Shown one piece after another: positions 48,701 through 56,093 of a DNA stretch of 64,000 nucleotides. The stretch spans positions 688-64,687 of the forward strand of contig JBEHXA010000001.1 of NCBI GenBank assembly GCA_048498935.1, given 5' to 3'. A program made the position numbers and the translations under genes. This DNA comes from Myxococcota bacterium. Its GTDB lineage: Bacteria > Myxococcota_A > Polyangia > Polyangiales > Polyangiaceae. Positions within the stretch are counted from its first letter, which is position 1. Each line of letters begins with the position of its first letter. The notes under the pieces were generated by a model. The model was not told where the DNA came from and did no database searches. It worked only from the letters and a program-made list of their open reading frames with translations.

Positions 48701-51700
48701 CACGCGGCCGTCGGGATAGAAGGCCCGGTACCCCTTCGACAACCTTTGGTCGATGGTAACGACTTTGGTTCCATCGTTGATTTCGGTCTGGTACTCCGAT
48801 TCAGGTGCGTCGATATCGCTGATGCGAATTAGCCTCGCGCCATCGAGGCAGAGCCTGTCCGACTGCGCAGGACCAACGGCTTTCCCGTCTTGGGAAATCG
48901 TTGCCGGGCAGCTGGTGATCCGCGGGAGACCCGTCAAGGACCAGCCCTGGCCGAGGTCTCCGTTGCCGTTCGCGCTATTGTAGTAGAGACTCAGTCGAGG
49001 TTGCATCTCGCCACGACCTGGCGGCACCAGGAGCGGAATGGTGTACGTCGCCTGTCCGTTGTGAGTGACGGCGAATGTGCCGTCGATTGTTCCGGAGCGT
49101 TGTGTGGCGTAGTCGGAGGAAGGGATGCCCGGAGGGGGAGATGACGCGAGTTGGAAATTTCCGATACAGCGTTGCTCGGGGCCTTCGAATTCGTCCGGAA
49201 GGCAGGTTCCGCAGCTCCCATGGCAGCCGTCGTCGCCGTAGTCCTTCCCGGCGCAGTCGGGTTCACAGGCTTCGCAGAGTCCGCAGGCAGACGTCGTCGT
49301 GCCGCAAGGCACGTCCTGGGGGGCGAGCGCGTCGCAGATACGCTGCCGGCAAGCACGGTTCACACCGGTAAGGCCGAAGAGCGGACCGGCGCCCTCGCGG
49401 CAAACAAGTCCGGGGGCGCACTCGCCGTCCTTGTGGCACTCGCCTTCGCGCTCGTTGCAAAGCACGCAGGTGCCGCCGCACCCGTCATCCGAATTGTCTC
49501 CGCAGACTTTCCCGGCGCAGCTAGGCTCACAGTTCGGGAGGGGGTTCTGAGCAAAGCAGAGACCGCAGGGGCTGTCGATTGAGCCGCACCAGGTTCCGAT
49601 AGACCCCAGATCACATCCACCTGCCCAGCAGTATCGGCCGGGCGGCTTGCCAAAAGCCCACCCGCTATCGCTTGGACACACTAGCCCCGCTCGACATGAG
49701 CCATCGGTGCAGGGGTCGCCGACCTCGTCGTCTCCTGCACACACGCCAGCCTGACAAGTTTGGGTAGGAGAACACACATTGGCATTCGCACAGGTCTGCC
49801 CCTCCGACCGACACTTCCCGTCCGCCGCGCAGTACTCTCCTGGCGCGCAATCGGCGAACGTGCTGCAGGTTGAATTGGGGGGCGCCAACTCCTTGGGTAT
49901 CAACAACCCCTCTGGCCCCTGATACAAATAAGGCGGTACGTTGAGCAGCACGCGTTCGCCGACGGTGCCGGCGGCGCCGTCGTTGAAGTACCAGAGCTCG
50001 TCGGTGGGGGCGCCGGAGGGGATGGGGATGATGAAGTGATCCCAGAGGCCGGAGAGGCCGCCGTTGGCGATGTCGTGGGGATTGGTGCAGGCGTGGCCGA
50101 CGGCGTAGTCGGAGAGGTAGCGGGCGGGCTCGGTGACCCAGGCGGTGCCGGCCGCGTTCTTCTTGTTGCGGAAGAAGGTGCCGTCGGATTGGGACCAGCC
50201 GACGACTCGCGTGGTGCCGGCTGGCACGAAGAAGTAGGCCTGCCAGCGGTAGTTGAGGGCGAGCGGTTGGTCTTTGCGTCCTACCGGAATGGCTAGAGCC
50301 GTTCCATCCGGCACGTTGGCGTACATGCGACTGCCGGAATCGTCCAGGTCGAGGCGGTAGACCGCGTTCGGTAGAGCGTTGTCGAAGACCCAATCGGTCT
50401 CGGTTTCGGGTACGGCGTCCGACAAGAAGCGATACTCGAGGCCGACGTTCGGTGTGCTCGGCAGCGAGAGCCGCCCGGCGAGGATTTCTCCCGGAGCGTA
50501 TTTGATGACGTGCGCGGTCAGCGGGCCCGCGGAGCTCGGGCGTTGGAAGAAGAAGTAGTGCGGTTGCCGGGTGTAGATGCTTTGGAGTCGCTTCGGCAGT
50601 GTGGGCGTGAGCTGGTACGGCACCAAGTCCCGCGAGAAGTCCTTGATGAGCGTTGGATCGACGCCCGTGTCGAGGATGGGTACGTTGGCGGCGCCAGCCG
50701 TGACGTAGCCGTAGATCTCCTCGGGTGAGGGGCTGGTGCCGGTCTTCATGGGGTTGCAGCCGGCAGGCGGCGTGGCGCCTGAGCACGTGCCGCACGTGGC
50801 CGTCGCGGTCGCGGACGGGCACGTGGGGTTCCAGACCGGCATGTCGCAAGCGGGGCCGCTAGTGGGCTCGACGGTGCCCGTGCAGTTCGGCACGCCTTGG
50901 ACAATTTCTGTGATGGCGTCGTACGACTCGAGGATGCGGCGGTCGCGCGTTGCGTAGGTGAACCGCAGGAGGTCCCTGAGTTGGCTCTGCTCGCTATTGG
51001 GGCTTTGCGCGTCGCAGCGATTCCAGAACTTGCGGCTGAGCTCGAGGTAGCGCGTGTAGACGGCGAGATCGTCGAGGCGCAAGCGGATGCGCTGGTTGAC
51101 GGTAGTGTTCTCCGTCGTGGCCTCGTAGGCCTTCTTGAGGGCGCGGTACATCACGCCGACCATGTTGTCGCTCCACAGCGCTCGGTCTTCGGTCACCTCA
51201 TAAAACTTGTTCATGTCGCCCGCGGCCGACCCGAACGCTTTGGTCAGGAAGTCGCTGCGATAGGTGGCTGCGTTGACTGCGCTGGGAGTATCCAGATCCC
51301 AGAGCGCGTTCGATAGAGCCCACCAGGCCGGTCCGGACGCGCCGAACCCCCAGTTCACGTTGAGCTCGTAGCGACGCACGCCGAGGTCGTAGAAGGTTCG
51401 AATGCGATCAACGATGGACTGCGTCGAGATTTGAGCTTGGCCCGGGAACTCGTTGGCACTGCCAGAGATGGCATCCGTGATGCCCGCCTCGAAGCCTGCG
51501 CTGCCCCAGCCGCGCACCCGGTTCTCGAGCGCGAACGGGATCGGCGCCACGTACGTGGTGTGGACGTTGACGATGGCGTTCTGCCTGAGCGCGATCGTCG
51601 GTGCATCCGCAGAGTCGTAGAGGAAGTCCGCAACGACGACTTTCGTCGGTTGCGCTTCAGCGGCAGCGTTCAGGATGGCCGCAACTCGGTTGGAGATGTT

Positions 51701-53269
51701 GCGGAACGTCGGGTCGTTGACGTCGTTGCAGTTCAGGCCAGTTCCGCTGCTGTCGGGCACCGAAACCCAAGTGACGTTGGCCGTCGGCGAAAGCGAGAGC
51801 CTGGTCGCGGCGTTCTGCTCACTTGCCCACCTGTTGACTATCTTTTGGACCGTCCAGTCCTCACCGGCCGCGTTGGCAACGCCAGTCAGGCAGAGTTGTC
51901 GATTTCCGGGGCTGGTACCGGGGTTGGTGGAGAGCGCCGGCGGGAACGTGACGCCATACTTGTTCTGCCACCACGTCACGACCTGGGCGTAGCTGCCGCC
52001 CAGAGCCAGAGCCGTGGATGTGTACAGGCGGTTGTGCTTGCGCCAGGCGTCGAAGTAGCTGTTGCTGACGGTGGTGAAGCCGGCTTCCCAGGAGTCGCCT
52101 GGGAAATTCAGGGTGCGCGACGGGACGGCGGGCTTCTCGTCGACGGCCAGCGAGAGCGGCTGCTGAAGGGTCGCAGGCTCCGGAAACACTTCCCAAGTAG
52201 GGCTCGGAAAGTAGTGGCGATACCCGATGCGGGCGAGCAGATCCGAGACCGCGTCTTGCAGGGCGTCGACGGTGGCGCCGGCCACGATGACACGGTTCGA
52301 GTTTTGAGGCGTGTGGAGTACGTATTGTTCCGCCAGCTGGAGGCGTTGAGGGCGAAGCACGCCACCTGCCAACGTATCGTTCGGGCGGAAATAACCTTGG
52401 TATGGCCAGCCGGTGTTCGGAAAGTCACCGTCGATGCCGAGCGAAATGCCTGAAGGCGTATTGGTCGCAGCGGCCACGCTGAACTGTGTGCCAGTCAGGC
52501 CCTTGATCTTGTTGAGCTTGTCGCGCAGGTCGTTCGCGATCGCGACGATCTTGTTCTGTAGGTTCTGGTCGGTATGGGGAGCGATGACGATCGACAGAAC
52601 CGCATCGTTAGAGGAGACGAGCGTGACCGGGCCCGGAGTGGGGGGTGTGCACGGCGCACACGAGCCGCCGCAATCGACGGCCGTCTCGTTCCCATCCTTC
52701 ACGCCGTTCTGGCAGGTGGAAGCCCAGCAGACATCGGTGCCGGCGGGGAGGTGGAACGCGGGGCCGTTGCCGTTGCCGCAAACGAGACCGGGCTGGCATT
52801 CCTGGACGCTGTCGCAGTCGCCTTCGCCGGCGCTGCAGGGGCAGTCCGTGCTGCAGTGCGAGGTGCTGCCGTTCGAGGTGTCGCAGGTAACGGTGCAGTC
52901 TGAGCCGCAGGGACCGCCGCAGTCGATTGAGGATTCGCCCCCGTTCTTGCTTCCGTCGCTACAAGTGCTCGGAGCGCAGGCGCCTCCGCTGAAAGGGCCG
53001 CGCTTGGCGAGGTTGCCTGCAACGCAGGTGTAACCTGAAGCGCACTGAGAAGAGTCGGTGCAGGGGCCTTCACCGAGCCCGCAGAGGTGCGAGTTACTCG
53101 CGCCGCAGTAATCGGGGTCTCCGACGGCCGCACCGGGCGTCCCCTTCATCGCGCTTTGATGAATCGCCCCGAGCTCCTCGCCGCCACCACCGTCGACCTG
53201 CGAAGAGTCGCTGCACGCGAGCAAAATGACACTCGCCCAAGCCGCCCAAGTCCATGCGCCCCAGTTCAT
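42710..53269 (-). CDS. Giant Rhs/YD-repeat polymorphic toxin: lipoprotein signal, Cys-rich repeats, DUF4838-like module, SpvB, FG-GAP repeats, YD shell, Rhs core, C-terminal HExxH zincin
   Basis: ILLAC19; GQATYTIPLLVPPGRGEMQPRLSLYYNS..GNG.LGQGWSL; DLNGDG/DVNGDG repeats; YD repeats; GYTGH...MGGRFYDP..GQFLSSDP...N..AYVGNNP.RFTDPTG; LRHESVH...EEMIA. Confidence 0.92.
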   Translation of the reverse strand: MNWGAWTWAAWASVILLACSDSSQVDGGGGEELGAIHQSAMKGTPGAAVGDPDYCGASNSHLCGLGEGPCTDSSQCASGYTCVAGNLAKRGPFSGGACAPSTCSDGSKNGGESSIDCGGPCGSDCTVTCDTSNGSTSHCSTDCPCSAGEGDCDSVQECQPGLVCGNGNGPAFHLPAGTDVCWASTCQNGVKDGNETAVDCGGSCAPCTPPTPGPVTLVSSNDAVLSIVIAPHTDQNLQNKIVAIANDLRDKLNKIKGLTGTQFSVAAATNTPSGISLGIDGDFPNTGWPYQGYFRPNDTLAGGVLRPQRLQLAEQYVLHTPQNSNRVIVAGATVDALQDAVSDLLARIGYRHYFPSPTWEVFPEPATLQQPLSLAVDEKPAVPSRTLNFPGDSWEAGFTTVSNSYFDAWRKHNRLYTSTALALGGSYAQVVTWWQNKYGVTFPPALSTNPGTSPGNRQLCLTGVANAAGEDWTVQKIVNRWASEQNAATRLSLSPTANVTWVSVPDSSGTGLNCNDVNDPTFRNISNRVAAILNAAAEAQPTKVVVADFLYDSADAPTIALRQNAIVNVHTTYVAPIPFALENRVRGWGSAGFEAGITDAISGSANEFPGQAQISTQSIVDRIRTFYDLGVRRYELNVNWGFGASGPAWWALSNALWDLDTPSAVNAATYRSDFLTKAFGSAAGDMNKFYEVTEDRALWSDNMVGVMYRALKKAYEATTENTTVNQRIRLRLDDLAVYTRYLELSRKFWNRCDAQSPNSEQSQLRDLLRFTYATRDRRILESYDAITEIVQGVPNCTGTVEPTSGPACDMPVWNPTCPSATATATCGTCSGATPPAGCNPMKTGTSPSPEEIYGYVTAGAANVPILDTGVDPTLIKDFSRDLVPYQLTPTLPKRLQSIYTRQPHYFFFQRPSSAGPLTAHVIKYAPGEILAGRLSLPSTPNVGLEYRFLSDAVPETETDWVFDNALPNAVYRLDLDDSGSRMYANVPDGTALAIPVGRKDQPLALNYRWQAYFFVPAGTTRVVGWSQSDGTFFRNKKNAAGTAWVTEPARYLSDYAVGHACTNPHDIANGGLSGLWDHFIIPIPSGAPTDELWYFNDGAAGTVGERVLLNVPPYLYQGPEGLLIPKELAPPNSTCSTFADCAPGEYCAADGKCRSEGQTCANANVCSPTQTCQAGVCAGDDEVGDPCTDGSCRAGLVCPSDSGWAFGKPPGRYCWAGGCDLGSIGTWCGSIDSPCGLCFAQNPLPNCEPSCAGKVCGDNSDDGCGGTCVLCNEREGECHKDGECAPGLVCREGAGPLFGLTGVNRACRQRICDALAPQDVPCGTTTSACGLCEACEPDCAGKDYGDDGCHGSCGTCLPDEFEGPEQRCIGNFQLASSPPPGIPSSDYATQRSGTIDGTFAVTHNGQATYTIPLLVPPGRGEMQPRLSLYYNSANGNGDLGQGWSLTGLPRITSCPATISQDGKAVGPAQSDRLCLDGARLIRISDIDAPESEYQTEINDGTKVVTIDQRLSKGYRAFYPDGRVVTFIEPGISNFHNDLWVATRVEDRAGNYMTIEYEVRGKSFATKESALIQPKNIWYAGHTDGTEPDSRIEFEYERRNDITDGYRSGVLFRNDRILKRIRTSVGSTIVREYRMDHEIAYSGPSWLTQISECVPALEGLTNFSDMVCKPATSFSYQNEVPALSQGVPIGFHPNDPESAQFDVVPDMPADLNGDGVDDLLMVVLDGRPSDGNVNGWRKHLEVLMSGRDRVVPETPADFFIPKVYNAPEIYNVVDYDNDGLDDLLMEGATTAGNYQVLTYKDSKLKVLDLGVPSPTSPIGLEIPIHRSYILDADGDGVKDIIKCTGGHEGGYYVHEGPWTWTLVHLPDLTERPIDFNGFCFMHYIAADVDGSGKQALLIQNYAYHHHNQQFQDIEDYLSITFDDAEYGEEGPVGTDVVQTHVPVSVARGESGTPLDANGDGFTDIVTHDNAGHLSTCLGTGDAEDPFDCREESNLFDGQPVVDGKPRRLLTAGGYQYILGPVVDIDGDGRDDVMIAGPGEANWRWLQSRVENPDAALGGTFSGWRVRDFPAGNAPPTTFVGMVLAGRGLAMDVNGDGVKDFVQKPAGGFAPANLAAYIRRGPQVAKLTAVTNGLDGRIEVDYANASVPDHPPAASDPLASFFTENVYSNSVDANCTYTNGLRCRTPRHSLVARHREFQGPSYLTGFIREFTHSYSGEKIGLNGRGNLGFSFHAASELDRGTTIVSHLDNVTRDANTGAFPFAGREYSRIDLSATEQGSILTRRFAQWAVKPSADSPRVLLPYEHIVTETKFETRDGISTLLGRVDHTIEIDDYGNQKSVVSDWSGGGRNEQEKLNVIFAYESRPEFVEAWLVRLPERRVVTSSGIAGESHQAGFSRTTAFEYYDNGLLERTTIEPDTATYTLSTRLGRDEYGNVTLIETCGGSTSCDEDKKRTTTVVYDEARQVFPALITDAEGYSKETEYRHGLGVITKAIEHGKTGSKTLTTQAVHDGFGRPRVTIAPDNNTTRTSYPSTGGNGLDVVSELDGGPTVKHRYDELGRELSESATGFGGIPYATYTTYDTTGSVATRSRWLKSFNVDNNTEYDYDNQNRLTFVSEPGGGQSTHCYVGLTSCTVGADNSARCVEKDYHGRILFAGDPIKMGEQDCVSFAEEFAATQTAQRAGIAYKYGPFSRFEQAIRMPEGTIVSEMRSDRLGRQASRTNIGSDPMTYFYTPFGELQRTVDADATVTFTYDRLGRRHFRIVDPRAPNEPNRSDTWVWREDFPQRLDFNATDGIATTVDYDDFGRVKSLTKTLDGEDHVVSIDERDEHGRPRYVTYPGDTFQIENVYDESSGILKQVRSGPDSETPAQTSFWKLDQVDDFGQPTVETFGNGLATTRTYHPYTGLPDGISTGLPNEDPIQELHHTFFTDGNLESRSDSYGNAESYEYDAFGRIDQVHEGSQITADFDYTAFGSLHVNANNWTYNYDSTAPHSVHTIDNGEDSSSFEYNPNGTLSHRSVGVLPELNIEYTDFEKPRRVWGSDPQAPTTYEYDATATKTVKRAPDATTVYWGQLYYRETSTSDGSATHHYLIGNGKRAVAEVVRDVPPGGAPEQVRTQYFHDDHLGSVQLVTNESAGVVERRQFDYFGAASTVGGNSIKGLGYTGHWQESEHGLVDMGGRFYDPQVGQFLSSDPITGSPLRSESFNLKAYVGNNPLRFTDPTGFQACDELSACGSGGFFGGSTPVGGGFEGAGVATYGPYEPGYSESKYTSSAAPRGPAASTGEKLLFGSISAGVAVGAGAGLTKLAAVCVAAGPGCAGVAAGVAVLGTGYVVYQLLWDGGAIEVGRAFTNLETREDAIIFGATLGGVGGLVAKPLATAIVQRIGYGALLTTFEEPGAVMFARLPQGTLGRTSPIGQITLDLEQIAQSPYTVNQVLRHESVHAFLSPGANPLQAARARLLTWGYNNSALLAGVEEMIAQGYGMSSVSQGLAFPFTHGYVTPLRFTIEGTVYVGFVGGALYVGATQ

Positions 53270-53347
53270 GTCCGGAGAAATACGCCAAGTTGGCCGCGTT
53301 GGTCACGCCTAAAGATTAAGCGGCGCGCAAATCTTACTTGTTTGGCT

Positions 53348-53523
53348 TTGACGCCGTGCACGATGGGACAAATGACAAAAGCGTCAACAGTGAGCGTCCG
53401 CGTTGACGCTTCCGCGAAACGTCACGCGCCTCTCGTCGATTGCATGAAGATGCCGCGACCACTTCTCTCCGCTCCGACGGTCCGTCGCAGCATCACATGG
53501 TCGCGGTTTCGAAGAAGTGACGT
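53348..53523. promoter_or_regulatory. Putative regulatory region upstream of the Rhs gene, with inverted repeats and repeated TGACG motifs
   Basis: AAGCGTCAAC (53379-53388) pairs with GTTGACGCTT (53402-53411); CCGCGACCA pairs with TGGTCGCGG (about 53454-53506). Confidence 0.4.
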
Positions 53524-53560
53524 GGCGGGGGCGGGCGGTACCGACTCGTTCCCGCTTGGA

Positions 53561-55816
53561 CTAGGGCGTTACCGGCGCAATGAAGCACTCGTTGTTGGCA
53601 GCTCGGCCCAGAATTTTGAGGCCGTCGCCGGAGATGTAGGGGCCGGGCGGGTAATAGTCGGCAAACCAGGTGTCGGCGTGGGCGTTGGGGTAGGGATTGA
53701 GCCCGGCTGGAAGCACGTCGTGCATGGGCCGGATGCCGCCGGCGCGGGACCAATAGAACGGAAGGTAGCGGTTACCGTCGTCGAGCTGGAAACCGACGCC
53801 TGCGTCTCCTGCATCGTTCATGTCGAGCATGGCGACGAAGAGCTCGAAGCTCGCATACGGGCACTCCGAGCTTTCGAGCGGCGCGTCGGGAATGCAACCG
53901 ACGTTTTCATCGATCCAGCCGCCGTTGTGGGCGTAGAAATAGGCGACCTTCGAGCCGTCTGCCGACATCGCGGTCACGCGCAGGTAAAAGCTCGCAAAGT
54001 CCGCCTCGACCAACCCGCCCGCCAGGCTCCAGGCCGAACGACCTCGGTCGCGGCTGAATTGAGCGGCCGTACCGGCATCGTTGAGCTGAGCGTCAATGAA
54101 GTTGGTCATGACGCCGAAGGTTGCGACCGTGCCCAGCTGCGTGAAGCCGTCGCTGGTCCAACGAAAAGGTTGCGCGGTTTCCGGCTGGTGCGCGAAGACG
54201 TTGTCGTTCGTCCAGCCCACGGCAACGGAACCATCCAGGCTCGAGGCGAAAGGTACGTAAGTACTTCCAAGCCCTTGAATGCCGCCGGCCGCGGTCCAGC
54301 GATACATCTCGCTGCCGAGTGCGGAGCCGCTGTTCCCGAACACCACTTTGCCGTCGGGCGAAAGAGCGTGCGGCTGATTGCTCACCGCACCACCGGGCAG
54401 ATCGGGCAGCGCTTGCCAACCGGTGGCTGCGGTCCACACGCCTTCTTGCGCCAGTACGGTTTGCCCGTCCTTGCTGAAGCCGAGCGGCGTACATACGCCG
54501 AGGTGTTGCACGGGATCGGCAGGTGCTTCGACCACGTTGATGCTGGCTGGGTCCGAGATGCTTTCGGATGACACGATCGTCGTGCCGGCGGCGCGCACCA
54601 GCACTCGCACGTCACGCGGGCCGAGTGGCGCGTCCGCTGGTGGAGACCAATCGCAAGTGGGTGAGCTGGAATAACGGCAGACGGGGGTCCAGCTAGCGGA
54701 CATGGCCGTCTTCACTTGGAACTGATACTCGGGACTGGAGCAGTCGGCGGTGGCCGTGAACGTGGCCGTGCCGCCCGGGGTGACGCTTGCTGGTGCCGTC
54801 ACGCTCGCAGTCATGCAGGAATCGGCGAAGTGTCGGGTCCCCTGCTTCGCGCTATACACCTGCGACGTCCCTTGTGCCTTCACGAGTGCACGAATGAGGT
54901 GCGTGCCGGTGAGGCTCGCTGTGTGCCACACCGTCTGCGGGCTAGGTGAGCCCGCCACCAACACTTCGGCCGTGCCGTCCGGTGCGATGTCTTCAAACCG
55001 GTATTCTGGCACGCCACCGCCCGAGCAAACGGAGGTGGCGGTGACGGTGTAGTCTGGGCCAACCTTGCCGACCTTAATGCTCGCTGCTGCGCAGCTTGCT
55101 CCACCCAGCTTGAAGGGCGTGACGACCTCCGCCTCCTCCAGCTTGTAGCCCCGTTGGCGTACCGTGACGCGCACGTCGCTAGCGCCAGCCGGAGTGCCCC
55201 CCGAGCTCCAAGCCTGCTGTGGTGACGTCTGCCAACTGCCAACGGGCTCATAAACGGTCGCGCCGGGTTTGCGCACCTCGAAGTAGTATTCGGGTACGAC
55301 TCCCGCATCGCAAGTTGCGGCTGCGGTGAAGCTGACCAGGTCGCCTGGCTCGGGGATGTTCGGCGAAATTCCGACGCTCGCGCTCGTGCACGCACGGCCG
55401 ACGGCGTAGCGCAGTGTCTTCTGGAGGTCGATTGCCGCTTGCCCGACTCGCCGCACATTCAGCAGTAGCTTGTAGTTGCCTTCTTGAGTGAGCGCAGAGG
55501 TATTCCAGTTGCAGCTGCTGCTGGTCTGCCAGTCACAGGGGATGCTCTTGCTGTTGGTGCGCGGAGCGAACACGGTGAAGCGGTAGTCGAGCGCATCGCT
55601 TCCGAGGCAGGAGGCGGTGCTGGTCAACGTGACGCCACCGGCTAGCGCCGGCTGGCGCGGCTGTGGACTCGCTTCGAACGTCGCCGAGCAGTAGCCCGTC
55701 AATTCTTGCTCCGAGCTGCCCAAATTCTCCTCCCTCGGTGGCTGCCCGTCACCACAACCGAGCACGGCCAGCGCACTGAGACTCAGAACCCCTAAACCCG
55801 TCCCTACGCTCCGCAT
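53561..55816 (-). CDS. Lipoprotein with tandem Ig-like (Y_Y_Y-type) domains and a C-terminal HAF-type beta-propeller
   Basis: VLGC lipobox; repeated C..AS....PEY.F.V....W units; WTAATGWQAL, ALSPDGKVVFG, RWTAAGGIQGLG, SSLDGSVAVG. Confidence 0.75.
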   Translation of the reverse strand: MRSVGTGLGVLSLSALAVLGCGDGQPPREENLGSSEQELTGYCSATFEASPQPRQPALAGGVTLTSTASCLGSDALDYRFTVFAPRTNSKSIPCDWQTSSSCNWNTSALTQEGNYKLLLNVRRVGQAAIDLQKTLRYAVGRACTSASVGISPNIPEPGDLVSFTAAATCDAGVVPEYYFEVRKPGATVYEPVGSWQTSPQQAWSSGGTPAGASDVRVTVRQRGYKLEEAEVVTPFKLGGASCAAASIKVGKVGPDYTVTATSVCSGGGVPEYRFEDIAPDGTAEVLVAGSPSPQTVWHTASLTGTHLIRALVKAQGTSQVYSAKQGTRHFADSCMTASVTAPASVTPGGTATFTATADCSSPEYQFQVKTAMSASWTPVCRYSSSPTCDWSPPADAPLGPRDVRVLVRAAGTTIVSSESISDPASINVVEAPADPVQHLGVCTPLGFSKDGQTVLAQEGVWTAATGWQALPDLPGGAVSNQPHALSPDGKVVFGNSGSALGSEMYRWTAAGGIQGLGSTYVPFASSLDGSVAVGWTNDNVFAHQPETAQPFRWTSDGFTQLGTVATFGVMTNFIDAQLNDAGTAAQFSRDRGRSAWSLAGGLVEADFASFYLRVTAMSADGSKVAYFYAHNGGWIDENVGCIPDAPLESSECPYASFELFVAMLDMNDAGDAGVGFQLDDGNRYLPFYWSRAGGIRPMHDVLPAGLNPYPNAHADTWFADYYPPGPYISGDGLKILGRAANNECFIAPVTP

Positions 55817-56093
55817 GGCATCATTCTATTCGCGGCTCCGGTTTCGGACAACATGAGCCAACCGGCGCGCTTCTTCACCCGCAATTGTTAGCGGAGTGAC
55901 GATGGTTGGGCAGCTGTGCTTCAAAGTCGCGCAGCGAGCGAGGCAAATGACGACGGCGAGGGACCTGCTGATGCTTGTTGGCTTGTGAGTTTTTTCAAAC
56001 AGCCGTGAGCTTAGCGTTTTATGTGGATCCCGCGTCGCGCCCGACTCTAGCGTCGCTGTGCTTCGAGTGAGCTGAAGCCGCAGGAGGGAGCCG

